The notes under the pieces: generated by a model
The model's database searches: none
Told to the model about the DNA's origin: nothing
Seen by the model: the letters and a program-made list of their open reading frames with translations, nothing else
Assembly (NCBI GenBank): GCA_016188545.1
Contig: JACPHO010000006.1
Span: 693 to 64,692 of the forward strand
Reading direction: 5' to 3'
Source: Candidatus Shapirobacteria bacterium
GTDB lineage: Bacteria; Patescibacteriota; Microgenomatia; UBA12405
DNA: 64,000 bases
Shown: piece by piece, positions 44,533-53,736 of the stretch
Position numbering within the stretch: the first letter of the stretch is position 1
How the letters are laid out: the number at the start of each line of letters is the position of its first letter
Made by a program: the position numbers and the translations under genes

Positions 44533-44787
44533 CTACTTATACACTTCTCTTCTATGTCTAATCCTATTTACCACAATTTTGTTACCATCAATGTCAAAAC
44601 AAATTCGATAGTCACCTACTCGATATCTAAAACTACCTTGATCAAAGTTAATTAAACTTTTCGATAGACCAGTCGGATCATTTTTTAGATATATCAACTT
44701 ATTGTAAATATTTTTAACTAAAACCCTATCCAATTTATCAATATCCTGTCTAGCATTTTTCGTAATTAAGATTACGTACTCCACCAT
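44533..44787 (-). CDS. Type II toxin, RelE/ParE family
   Basis: 84 aa; FRYRVGDYRICFDIDGNKIVVNRIRHRREVY. Confidence 0.75.
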   Translation of the reverse strand: MVEYVILITKNARQDIDKLDRVLVKNIYNKLIYLKNDPTGLSKSLINFDQGSFRYRVGDYRICFDIDGNKIVVNRIRHRREVYK

Positions 44788-45032
44788 TAAATATTGCCAA
44801 ATACTTCATCCATTGTATAGTACTCACCTCTTTTGTACTGTGCTCTCGATTCCTTAACAGAAGCTAAAAACTTCTTGTCCCCCAGTTCCAACAAGTCTTC
44901 TAAATCATCAACATCGATTATAGCCTTACTTACTTTACCTTTTTGAGTTATCAGCAAATACTTGCCCCTTTTAACCATTTTCAAAGCATCGGCCAAATTA
45001 TTTCTTAATTTCGTACTGCTAACAATATTCAT
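44787..45032 (-). CDS. Antitoxin, Phd/YefM family
   Basis: 81 aa; N-terminal IVSSTKLRNNLADALKMVKRGKYLLITQKGKVSKAII; stop overlaps the toxin start. Confidence 0.65.
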   Translation of the reverse strand: MNIVSSTKLRNNLADALKMVKRGKYLLITQKGKVSKAIIDVDDLEDLLELGDKKFLASVKESRAQYKRGEYYTMDEVFGNI

Positions 45033-45153
45033 ATGTACATTATAACTGTACAGTTTAAATCTGGCAACAACTAAATAGCATATATTTCAAAATAGACTTA
45101 CCATTTAGAACCCGTCTATAACAAACAAAAGGTAGTGTATAATAAAACGAAAT

Positions 45154-45537
45154 ATGACACAAAGTAGGATCATTCCCGAAGCAAAGATCTGGCCACTTGA
45201 AAAATTCCAACCTGCCTTTCCCAACTTCCCCATCGAAGTCAAAGACGGGCAAGTTGCCATCAACTCCGACTCGGTCATCTGTACCGACATGGTAGTTTGC
45301 GCCACCCATCGGGTTACTTTAGTTCCCGACCTCACCTCCACACTAACGGCTGCCAAACCAATACTTGAGAGAGTCTGTCCAATTCCAGAATGTCAAACTC
45401 GTGCAATAGTTAGGCCAAAGCATTATGTTACCAGTGCTGACACACGACAATCCTGGAACCACATAAAAAAAGAGGTCGCAGCCAGCCATCTCAGAATACA
45501 CGGGCCTGCTGGTAAAACTCACCCACCCAAACCATAG
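45154..45537 (+). CDS. Hypothetical protein (GC-richer patch)
   Basis: 127-aa ORF with an AT-rich -10-like box upstream; the overlapping minus-strand ORFs are considered spurious. Confidence 0.3.
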   Translation: MTQSRIIPEAKIWPLEKFQPAFPNFPIEVKDGQVAINSDSVICTDMVVCATHRVTLVPDLTSTLTAAKPILERVCPIPECQTRAIVRPKHYVTSADTRQSWNHIKKEVAASHLRIHGPAGKTHPPKP

Positions 45538-45549
45538 TATCGCACTTCA

Positions 45550-45840
45550 ATGTATAATACCCTCATGCGTGGCATTATAAAATTCCTCCAGGAAGTCCGT
45601 ACCGAATTTGGCAACATCTCCTGGCCCAAAAAAGATTCTTTATTTCAATTGACTTTTGTGGTAATATCAATCTCCCTCATTATCTCCCTGATTTTGGGTG
45701 GTTTTGATTATTTGTTTACCCAATCGTTTAACCTACTAGGTCAACCTACAGTAGTAGCTCAACCAACCATCACTGCCCCACCGGTTAATCTAGCACCAAC
45801 GATTACCGTTATCAGTCCCACAACCAGTATCAAAAAATAG
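45550..45840 (+). CDS. secE: Preprotein translocase subunit SecE (with Pro/Thr-rich C-terminal extension)
   Basis: 96 aa; single TM LFQLTFVVISISLIISLILGGFDYLF; canonical position before nusG. Confidence 0.75.
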   Translation: MYNTLMRGIIKFLQEVRTEFGNISWPKKDSLFQLTFVVISISLIISLILGGFDYLFTQSFNLLGQPTVVAQPTITAPPVNLAPTITVISPTTSIKK

Positions 45841-45879
45841 CAACTTTACAAACTTTATTAACTTTACAAACTAACTCCC

Positions 45880-46476
45880 ATGCCCAACAACGCCAGTAAG
45901 ACCAAACAAAAAGATTTTTTATTTCAACTCTCTCCTTTAACTCCACCAATTGATGCTGCCTGGTATGTCATTAACACCTATTCTGGTCACGAATACAAAG
46001 TCATCGACGCTCTCAAAATCCGTATCAAAACCATGAGCTTAGAAGGTGAAATCTTTCAAGCCATCATTCCTATCCAGTCAAAAATGGTTATCCGTCGTGG
46101 TACCAAGGTCAAAACTCAAGAAAAAACTTTCCCTGGTTATGTTCTCATCCAAATGGTTCTTACCGACGATTCTTGGGTCACTGTTCGTACCACTCAAGGA
46201 GTAACTGGTTTTATCGGTGTCGATAACAAACCCTCCCCCATTTCTCAAGCCGAAGTTGACCAGATTCTCAAAACCACTATCGAAGACAAGCCAAAATATC
46301 AGGCACCGTTTGGAATTGGCGATGTCGTCAAAGTCACCAACGGCCCATTTACCGACTACATTGGCGCTATTGATAGTATCGATCAGGAACGCGGTAAGAT
46401 TCGTGTCCTTATTTCTTTCTTCGAAAGAGAGACACCTGTTGAGCTTGATTTCTTACAAGTTACCCGTGAGTTATGA
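45880..46476 (+). CDS. nusG: Transcription termination/antitermination factor NusG
   Basis: NGN domain (WYVINTYSGHEYKV) and KOW (FGIGDVVKVTNGPFTDYIGAI). Confidence 0.85.
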   Translation: MPNNASKTKQKDFLFQLSPLTPPIDAAWYVINTYSGHEYKVIDALKIRIKTMSLEGEIFQAIIPIQSKMVIRRGTKVKTQEKTFPGYVLIQMVLTDDSWVTVRTTQGVTGFIGVDNKPSPISQAEVDQILKTTIEDKPKYQAPFGIGDVVKVTNGPFTDYIGAIDSIDQERGKIRVLISFFERETPVELDFLQVTREL

Positions 46477-46570
46477 GAACTATTTTGGGACGCTTCTACC
46501 CAAAATATTAAATTAAATAATATTTATTAAACTAGCGCTCTAGAGCACCAAAGCTCTATCGCTCTAATAT

Positions 46571-46996
46571 ATGGCAAAAAAAATTAAAACAATCGTCAAG
46601 CTAGCTATCCAAGCCGGAATGGCCAACCCCGCTCCTCCAGTTGGTACCGCTCTTGGTCCTCAGGGCATCAAGATCATGGACTTCTGCAATGAGTTCAATG
46701 AAAGAACCAAAGACATGAAGGGATCTCTTATTCCTTCGATCATCACCATCTTTGAAGATCGTTCTTTCACTTTCATCATCAAGAAACCTCCAGTTTCTGA
46801 CATGATTAAAAAAATCACTGGTATTAGTAAAGGTAGTGGCACCACCGGTCGTGAAAAAATCGGTAAAATCACTGCCGCCCAAATCGCCAAAGTCGCTGAA
46901 GATAAATTAGTAGATCTTAATACCAATGATATCGAAGCTGCCAAACGTATGGTCGCCGGCACTGCCAAATCCATGGGGTTTGAAATTGTAGACTAA
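46571..46996 (+). CDS. rplK: 50S ribosomal protein L11
   Basis: 141 aa; PAPPVGTALGPQGIKIMDFCNEFN. Confidence 0.95.
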   Translation: MAKKIKTIVKLAIQAGMANPAPPVGTALGPQGIKIMDFCNEFNERTKDMKGSLIPSIITIFEDRSFTFIIKKPPVSDMIKKITGISKGSGTTGREKIGKITAAQIAKVAEDKLVDLNTNDIEAAKRMVAGTAKSMGFEIVD

Positions 46997-47017
46997 TTTT
47001 TAATAATTTAAACCAAA

Positions 47018-47770
47018 ATGAGCAAAACCTCACAAGAAAACAAGGTCAAAAAGACCAAAAAGCTTGCTGTGGAAGATCAAGTAATTGATCAAAAGGCTCC
47101 AGAAACTGAAGTAACTACTCCAGTCGAGGAAACCACAGACCTGTCCGCCGTGGCGGAATTAAAAACCGCCAGAACTGCTAAAGTTCGTGGCAAAAGATAC
47201 CAAAAAGTCCGTAAGCTCGTCGATGCTAATAAGCTCTACAGTCTTAAGGAAGCCGTCAAACTAGTCAAAGCAACCTCTCTTTCCAAGTTTGATGGTAAAG
47301 TCGAAGCCCATGTCACCATCCTCGACATCGGTAATGCCGGAGAAATTGTTTTCCCCCATCTTGAAGCTAGTAGCAAAAGAATTGTCGTTCTCAATGACAC
47401 TGTTCTCGCCGAGATTAAAGGTGGTAAGGTCAACTTTGACATTCTTATCGCTACTCCCATCACCATGCCCAAACTTCTTCCTTTCGCTAAACTCTTGGGT
47501 CCCAAGGGATTAATGCCCAACCCCAAAAGTGGTACTCTCACCGACAAACCAGAAGATGCTCTCAAAAAACTTTCAGTCGCTAAGACTGTTATTAAAACTG
47601 AGAAAAAAGCTCCTGTCGTTCACATCGTTGTTGGTAAAGTTTCCCAACCTATTGCTGAACTAGAAGCCAATGTAACTGAACTCATGAAGGTCATCAAAGT
47701 CATCAAGATTAAAAAACTTGCTCTTTGTGCTACCATGGGCCCTTCAGTCAAGATTGAGATCGTCAAATAA
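47018..47770 (+). CDS. rplA: 50S ribosomal protein L1 (with about 50-aa N-terminal extension)
   Basis: 250 aa; KRYQKVRKLVD...YSLKEAVKLVK..FDGKVEAHV L1 core follows a Lys/Glu-rich extension. Confidence 0.9.
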   Translation: MSKTSQENKVKKTKKLAVEDQVIDQKAPETEVTTPVEETTDLSAVAELKTARTAKVRGKRYQKVRKLVDANKLYSLKEAVKLVKATSLSKFDGKVEAHVTILDIGNAGEIVFPHLEASSKRIVVLNDTVLAEIKGGKVNFDILIATPITMPKLLPFAKLLGPKGLMPNPKSGTLTDKPEDALKKLSVAKTVIKTEKKAPVVHIVVGKVSQPIAELEANVTELMKVIKVIKIKKLALCATMGPSVKIEIVK

Positions 47771-47780
47771 TTCTATTTGA

Positions 47781-47815
47781 ACCAAAAAAACCCGCTCGTA
47801 AGGGCGGGTTTTTTT
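47781..47815. terminator. Terminator hairpin AAACCCGC-TCGTAAG-GGCGGGTTTTTTT (repeat copy 1)
   Basis: A-tract + GC stem + T7; follows the rplA stop. Confidence 0.75.
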
Positions 47816-47816
47816 A

Positions 47817-48893
47817 TTATCCCAATTCCACTGCCGATACTTTTGTAAGTTCTTGCCATTCTATAGTCTCTGGAGATACTTTTTGAACTGTTCCCTCATA
47901 TAGGTCAAAAACAAATCTATAGTTTTCATCGTTTCCGACAATTAGACAAGCACCCATTCCATAAGAGTCAGATTCTTTTCTTCTACCTAGCCCAACTTCG
48001 GACCAACTAGTTTTGGCCACAATTTCTTCATTATGTATCTGACCACCAGGCAGGTATGCCAATACCACAGGAAACTTTAATTTAAATAAAGTCATCTCAC
48101 TTGTATCAAAAATATTTTCACCTCCCAACATTGTGGTTAAAATAGACTTTATATCTTCACCACCCACTACGGCCTTAACCACCTCTTCTCGTATTTCAAT
48201 CTGTTTTTCCAAGTTAGTTTCACCTTTAAACATAGCCACCAACATTGCTACTGCCTGCAATTCAGTAAACTCCACAAATTTAGAAAATTGCTCTGCTGTG
48301 TCACCATCACCATAAAATTTATTTATAAGCATCATTGACTCATCCGACAACAGACGGTTTTCCCAGAGGCCTTTTGCTTTTTGAAAAACTCCATTCCAAT
48401 CATTCTCCACAGTCGCTTCTTTTTTTATAACTGGAGTTTCCTCCTTAGCTCTAAAACTAGCAACGGCTTTTCTCACCTCAATCATATCCACACTCTGTTC
48501 TCTTTTTTGAACAACCTCCTGCCACCTTACCATAGCAATCCAGTAAATTCTTTCCAAATAATCCTTTCGGACATCACCTTTTAACCCAGAAATGCCATAT
48601 ACATCCTGCCTCGACACTTCAGCCACCATTGCATTTCGCATCTCATCATCATGTTGCAAACGCCAATATGCACTACAAGTTGCTATCGGGTATTTTTCTA
48701 GACTCTGCATCATTGTCAGACTTACTCTAATTACAGTATCATTCACCTTAAACCCCTCTTTGATTTCATCCATAGCTAATAACACCCTTGCCTCAACCTG
48801 ATTTATTGCACCATCACCAATTTTTCGGGGCTGTCTTTCACTTGGCTGGACCATTCCCACCAAAGAATCCAACATATCTCTTCTTGCTGACAT
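47817..48893 (-). CDS. Hypothetical protein bracketed by duplicated terminator hairpins
   Basis: 358 aa from the ATG at 48893; the ORF-track N-terminus (to 48968) reads through the hairpin at 48908..48943 and is rejected. Confidence 0.45.
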   Translation of the reverse strand: MSARRDMLDSLVGMVQPSERQPRKIGDGAINQVEARVLLAMDEIKEGFKVNDTVIRVSLTMMQSLEKYPIATCSAYWRLQHDDEMRNAMVAEVSRQDVYGISGLKGDVRKDYLERIYWIAMVRWQEVVQKREQSVDMIEVRKAVASFRAKEETPVIKKEATVENDWNGVFQKAKGLWENRLLSDESMMLINKFYGDGDTAEQFSKFVEFTELQAVAMLVAMFKGETNLEKQIEIREEVVKAVVGGEDIKSILTTMLGGENIFDTSEMTLFKLKFPVVLAYLPGGQIHNEEIVAKTSWSEVGLGRRKESDSYGMGACLIVGNDENYRFVFDLYEGTVQKVSPETIEWQELTKVSAVELG

Positions 48894-48907
48894 GTAAATA
48901 TTGTAAC

Positions 48908-48943
48908 ACTGAATAAAAACCCGCTCGTCAGGGCGGTTTTTTT
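48908..48943. repeat. Second near-identical copy of the terminator hairpin (AAACCCGCTCGTCAGGGCGGTTTTTTTT)
   Basis: About 30/32 identity with 47781..47815 in the same orientation: direct repeats flanking the 358-aa gene. Confidence 0.6.
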
Positions 48944-48966
48944 TGATTTGACAATCTATACTAGAC

Positions 48967-49515
48967 ATGTTATTCTATACAAAATTGTATATGATAAATA
49001 AACTAGATATTTTATTAAAACAGCCTCAAAAAATATATCACACCAATGATTTACGAATTTTGTGGAACATCACCAAACTTACTACTCTCTACCAAACTAT
49101 ATCCCGGCTTATTAAAAAAGGTGTTTTAATTAAAATACACAAAGGGCTATATTGCACCATTCCCATTACCAATCTTGACCCCATCGAACTTGGATCTCGT
49201 CTTATTAATCGTTTTTGCTACCTCACCACCGAAACCATTCTCGCTCAAAGTGGAACCATCAATCAATCACCAAACAAAATTACGTTCGTTTCCGACATTT
49301 CCAAAAAAATTACTGTCGGCAATAACACTTATTTATACCGGCAGTTAAATGATAAATATTTATACAATAGTATTGGTATTAATCTACAACCAAACGGAGT
49401 ATTAGTTGCTTCAACCGCCAGAGCCGCTGCCGATGTGCTCTATTTTCAACCCAATTACCACTTCGACAACAATAGTATCATTATTCAAAAAGGAGTTTAT
49501 GATAGCCAACCGTAG
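48967..49515 (+). CDS. AbiEi-family antitoxin/transcriptional regulator (type IV TA)
   Basis: 182 aa; N-terminal wHTH with the characteristic ...LIKKGVLIKIHKGLY motif. Confidence 0.6.
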   Translation: MLFYTKLYMINKLDILLKQPQKIYHTNDLRILWNITKLTTLYQTISRLIKKGVLIKIHKGLYCTIPITNLDPIELGSRLINRFCYLTTETILAQSGTINQSPNKITFVSDISKKITVGNNTYLYRQLNDKYLYNSIGINLQPNGVLVASTARAAADVLYFQPNYHFDNNSIIIQKGVYDSQP

Positions 49516-50224
49516 AGTCGATATTATTCATAAAGTTCATTTATTACGAGTCTTAACTAAAATTGTTGATAATCCAATTTTATCTCAGTCACTATATTTT
49601 AAAGGTGGAACTTGCGCATCAATGCAAAATATTTTAGATAGGTTTTCTGTTGATTTAGACTTTGATATTAATCCTAAATCAAACGAAAACACTTTAAGAA
49701 CCGAATTTCACACCATTTTCAAAAAACTAGATTTCACCCTCGATCAAGAAAGTCAAAATGCTTTAGAATTTTTTCTCAAATATAAAAACGATCCAAATCA
49801 GCGTAACACTCTCAAAATCGATGCTCTAAACTTTCAGGTTAAGTCAAATTTATATGCTCCAGTTTTTCTTCCCGAAATCAACCGAATTGTAAATTGTCAA
49901 ACCAAAGAGACAATTTTTGCCAACAAATTGGTTGCCATCAAAGATCGTTTTGACAAACACGAATCAATCGCCTGCCGTGACTTGTATGACATTCATCATT
50001 TTTTCATGATTGGTTTGCAATATCGATCAGAAATCATTGTTGAAAGGACAAACCTTTCTCCTCAAAGATATTTTAAATATTTAATTGATTTCATCAAATC
50101 CAAGATTACACAAACCTTAATCGACCAGGACCTCAACACTTTACTATCACCAGAGTCATTTAATAAAATCCGCAAAATCCTCAAACCTGAAGTGCTCCTC
50201 CTATTGCAAAATCAAGAAAAATAA
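49499..50224 (+). CDS. AbiEii/AbiGii-family nucleotidyltransferase toxin (DUF1814)
   Basis: Start ATG 49499 preceded by AAGGAG; YFKGGTCASMQNILDRFSVDLDFDI matches the GGT...RxSxDxD NTase motif; overlaps AbiEi by 17 nt. Confidence 0.65.
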   Translation: MIANRRVDIIHKVHLLRVLTKIVDNPILSQSLYFKGGTCASMQNILDRFSVDLDFDINPKSNENTLRTEFHTIFKKLDFTLDQESQNALEFFLKYKNDPNQRNTLKIDALNFQVKSNLYAPVFLPEINRIVNCQTKETIFANKLVAIKDRFDKHESIACRDLYDIHHFFMIGLQYRSEIIVERTNLSPQRYFKYLIDFIKSKITQTLIDQDLNTLLSPESFNKIRKILKPEVLLLLQNQEK

Positions 50225-50244
50225 TCTGATATAATCAAAACCTA

Positions 50245-51603
50245 ATGTCTCCCGTTCACTGCGGTCTCGATTTTGGTACCACCAATTCTTCACTGGCGGT
50301 ATTTTCCGGCAATACACCTCAGATTATCCCAATAGATGAGCAAAATAATAATCCATCCGTTTTAAAATCCCTCCTGTACCTCAACCCTCGCCAAGAATCA
50401 GCCGTTGGTGCATCCGCCATCAAAAACTACCTGTCAGATCTCGACACCCTCCCATCTGTCCCCCTAAGACTCGAAGAAACTGGCCGATTGATCAAAACTT
50501 TTGGACCATCAACTGCCAGTGGAGTCGGTCCAGTAGTTTTTGTCCCCGAAATTATTGAAGTTGATGACAGTGGTCGCGGACGACTGCTTCAGTCTCTCAA
50601 GTCCGTATTAACCAACCCCAGTTTCACCGGCACCAACATCTTCGGTAAATTTTACTCTCTTGAAGAACTCCTAGGAATACTCATGCAGGAAATAAAATCA
50701 TCTGCCGAAACACACCTAGGCCACACTCTTGATTCCGTTGTTCTTGGTCGTCCTGTCAAATATGTCGGTACGGGTCAAAATCAAACTGCCATCGACCGCA
50801 TGGTCAGAATTGCCACTTCAGCCGGATTTAAAAACATCGAATTCGAGCTAGAACCAATCGGTGCCGCCCTTAACTACGGAATTAATATCAAAAATAACCA
50901 AAACATCCTTGTTTTTGACTTTGGCGGAGGAACTCTGGATATCTGTGTTATGAAACTCCCTGAGAAAAAAATTCTTTCTGTCTCTGGTCGAGGCATAGGT
51001 GGAGATCTTCTCAATTCTCGTATCGTGCAAGCTAAGATTGCCAAATATTTTGGCGTCTACAGCCAGATTAATCACAAAGTCCCCTTCCCTAGTGACTACC
51101 GCCTGGCTCTAACCTCATGGTATCGCACCTCCCTACTTAAAAACGTCAAAGATTTAGGCATGCTCAAAGATCTATCGATTCGCTCCACTGATCCAGAATA
51201 TGTCCAAAACTTTTGTAATCTAGTCGAACACGATTACGCTTTTGATTTTTTCTCCACCATTGATCGCTTAAAGGTAAGTCTATCAACAACTGACTCTGCT
51301 GATTTTAACTTTCACCGTTCCCATCTCAACCTACAACAAACTATCACCCGAAATGATTTTGAGAACTCGATAATTAATGAACTCGATGAATCAAAACTTT
51401 GTATCAACGAAGCTTTGTCAGCCGCAGGTCTAAAATCCACCGACATCGACCAGGTTATTCTCACCGGCGGTTCTTCCCAAACTCCTGTCTTTAGGCAATT
51501 AGTTGATAGTATATTTACCCCTGACAAAATTATTGCCTCTGACTACTTCACCGCGGTCGCCGCTGGACTCAGTATCCGCGCCCACCAGATATTTGGTTCT
51601 TAG
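50245..51603 (+). CDS. Hsp70-family actin-like ATPase, nucleotide-binding domain only
   Basis: 452 aa; CGLDFGTTNSSLAV (phosphate-1), VFDFGGGTLDICVM (phosphate-2/connect-1), ILTGGSSQTPVF; no substrate-binding domain. Confidence 0.65.
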   Translation: MSPVHCGLDFGTTNSSLAVFSGNTPQIIPIDEQNNNPSVLKSLLYLNPRQESAVGASAIKNYLSDLDTLPSVPLRLEETGRLIKTFGPSTASGVGPVVFVPEIIEVDDSGRGRLLQSLKSVLTNPSFTGTNIFGKFYSLEELLGILMQEIKSSAETHLGHTLDSVVLGRPVKYVGTGQNQTAIDRMVRIATSAGFKNIEFELEPIGAALNYGINIKNNQNILVFDFGGGTLDICVMKLPEKKILSVSGRGIGGDLLNSRIVQAKIAKYFGVYSQINHKVPFPSDYRLALTSWYRTSLLKNVKDLGMLKDLSIRSTDPEYVQNFCNLVEHDYAFDFFSTIDRLKVSLSTTDSADFNFHRSHLNLQQTITRNDFENSIINELDESKLCINEALSAAGLKSTDIDQVILTGGSSQTPVFRQLVDSIFTPDKIIASDYFTAVAAGLSIRAHQIFGS

Positions 51604-51648
51604 CTAAATACCCTCTTCACAAACGGCTGGTATTATTTAGTCCCACAA

Positions 51649-53448
51649 GTGATAAATTTAACTATGCCCTCCCGCTCAAAATCATCTATTAACTACCCCT
51701 TCCTCACTTTTGCAGCCGATATCTGGGAATACACTCGTGGCTATCATCGCCGTTTTCTCACTTGGTACACCCTATTCTTTATCTCCTCACTAATAAGCTT
51801 TTTGGTTCCTGTTTATATGGCCAAGATAATCGACAGTGTCGCCATCAAACAAACCGGCAATATTGTCTATTATATTTTAATAATATTTGCTATTGAGTTT
51901 GGCCGCATCATAGGTCGTAACCGTATCAAGTTAGCTATATACAAGTTGGCTGAAATCTGTCGGTTATCAAGTCGCCAGCGCTGGATTTCCAAAGTACTTA
52001 GTTTCGATCTTAAGTGGCATGATAGTCAAAATTCCGGTAAAAAAATCTCCATCCTGTCTCGCGGTTCAGACCAACTAAAAGGACTAATCCAGTTTATTAC
52101 TAAAGGTGGTGGTGGTATCGACATCTTCGTCAGTATTATCGGTGTCATAGTTATTTTTTTCACTCTGAACTACAAGTACGCCATTCTTTGTTTTGTTAAC
52201 GTCACCTTCTACATGGGTACACTTATTTATCAGACCCGCCGCCTCAACCAAAAACGTCATCAGATCAACCGGACCTCCGACAATGTCATGGGTAAAAACT
52301 TCGACTTTTTTTCCAACATGTCACTTATCAAAAGCCTAGGCATTGGTCAAAATATCAACCAAGCTCTGTTTGTCAAAGAATCACATCTTAAGGAAAAAAC
52401 CATAAAATACACCATTTTGGAGTTCAATAAATGGATCTATATCAACACAGTTTCCCAAGTCTGTCATATCATCGCCATTTTTCTAGTCGTCGATGACATC
52501 CTCAACCAACGAATATCTATCGGTTCTTTTTTTATCTATAACGGTTACATTAACCGGCTTCAAGACGGTTTGGGAGGTCTAGCTGAATGGGTCAACGATC
52601 TTATTGAAAAATACTTAGGCCTCTACAGAATTCATCAACTGTTACATTCCGGAACTACTACCACCTCAAACGGACAACAAGCATTTCCTGATAATCTAGA
52701 ACTTATCAAAATAGACCATCTTTCTTTTGGCTACAACAACTCCCGTTTAATCCTCGACGACGCCAACCTATTACTAAAATCAGGCAACAAATATGGCTTT
52801 GTTGGTATTTCCGGATCAGGTAAGTCGACTCTTAGTAAATTACTTCTAAAACTCTATCTTCCCTCCTCAGGCACTATCTACTTTAATAATCGAAAAATTA
52901 CTCAAATAAATACCGATTCAATTCACCAACACATCAGTGTCGCCCCTCAAGATAACGAAATATTTAACCTGTCTTTCAAGGAAAACATAACAATTGCCTC
53001 CACAAGTAAACGGTTCAATCCCCAATTATATGAGCTAGCTATCAAAACCTCTGAGTGTCGGTCAATCCTCGACAAAATTAAAAATAATCATCAAACAATT
53101 CTCGGAGAAAAAGGTATCAAGTTGTCGGGTGGTGAACGCCAAAGATTAGGTATTGCCCGGGCGATCTACAAAAACACTCCACTTATAATTTTTGACGAAA
53201 GCACTTCTGCTCTCGACTCTAAAACCGAATCAAAAATCCTCGCTAGTCTAGAAAAATACTTTGCTTCCAAAACTATCATCTGGATAGCCCACCGCCTATC
53301 CACCCTTCGTTTTACTGATGAAATTATCGTCTTTGATCAAGGGAAAATAGTTGAACAGGGAAGCTTCAAGTCCTTAATTTCAAAAATGGGACACTTCTAC
53401 GAACTCTGGCAAATCCAAAAAAAGACCAACATAAAACGGCTTTCTTAA
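51649..53448 (+). CDS. ABC transporter, fused permease-ATPase (type I exporter)
   Basis: 599 aa; 6 TM then GISGSGKSTL, LSGGERQRLGIARA, IIFDESTSALD. Confidence 0.85.
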   Translation: MINLTMPSRSKSSINYPFLTFAADIWEYTRGYHRRFLTWYTLFFISSLISFLVPVYMAKIIDSVAIKQTGNIVYYILIIFAIEFGRIIGRNRIKLAIYKLAEICRLSSRQRWISKVLSFDLKWHDSQNSGKKISILSRGSDQLKGLIQFITKGGGGIDIFVSIIGVIVIFFTLNYKYAILCFVNVTFYMGTLIYQTRRLNQKRHQINRTSDNVMGKNFDFFSNMSLIKSLGIGQNINQALFVKESHLKEKTIKYTILEFNKWIYINTVSQVCHIIAIFLVVDDILNQRISIGSFFIYNGYINRLQDGLGGLAEWVNDLIEKYLGLYRIHQLLHSGTTTTSNGQQAFPDNLELIKIDHLSFGYNNSRLILDDANLLLKSGNKYGFVGISGSGKSTLSKLLLKLYLPSSGTIYFNNRKITQINTDSIHQHISVAPQDNEIFNLSFKENITIASTSKRFNPQLYELAIKTSECRSILDKIKNNHQTILGEKGIKLSGGERQRLGIARAIYKNTPLIIFDESTSALDSKTESKILASLEKYFASKTIIWIAHRLSTLRFTDEIIVFDQGKIVEQGSFKSLISKMGHFYELWQIQKKTNIKRLS

Positions 53449-53471
53449 TCTAGCTTTTACTTTTTTTAAAT

Positions 53472-53696
53472 CTACGAGTTAGCCTCAGTGATTGCCTTTT
53501 CCATATTTGCCGCCGCCCAACCAAGTGTTTTTCTCATTACCGGTACCGACACGCCTTCATCTTTAGCTGCTTGTGCTACGCTCAATCCCTTATGAGCCAC
53601 CTCTACGGCTCTCCTGGCTTGAAAGCCTGGCAGGGAAACTTCTAAATCTTCGGGTGATATCCCAGATAAAAAATCAACGGCTCCTTTTGTACTCAT
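53472..53696 (-). CDS. Small HTH protein (GC-rich; possible transposase OrfA-like remnant)
   Basis: 74 aa; HTH segment GLSVAQAAKDEGVSVPVMRKTL; GC content above its flanks. Confidence 0.25.
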   Translation of the reverse strand: MSTKGAVDFLSGISPEDLEVSLPGFQARRAVEVAHKGLSVAQAAKDEGVSVPVMRKTLGWAAANMEKAITEANS

Positions 53697-53736
53697 ACAA
53701 ATATCATACCACTATCAATTTTTTATAACTCACAGT

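Noticed and set aside
45055-45356. Minus-strand ORFs 45055..45309 and 45105..45356
   Set aside because: They overlap each other and the + strand 127-aa ORF in a GC-richer patch. None is convincing, so only the + ORF is kept, at low confidence.
46601-47565. Antisense ORFs inside rplK and rplA (46601..46882, 46660..46974, 47236..47565)
   Set aside because: Embedded antisense to highly conserved ribosomal protein genes, so spurious.
48894-48968. N-terminal 25 aa of the ORF 47817..48968 (MSSIDCQIKKNRPDERVFIQCYNIY)
   Set aside because: This segment is the translation of the terminator hairpin copy (48908..48943). The true start was taken as the ATG at 48893.
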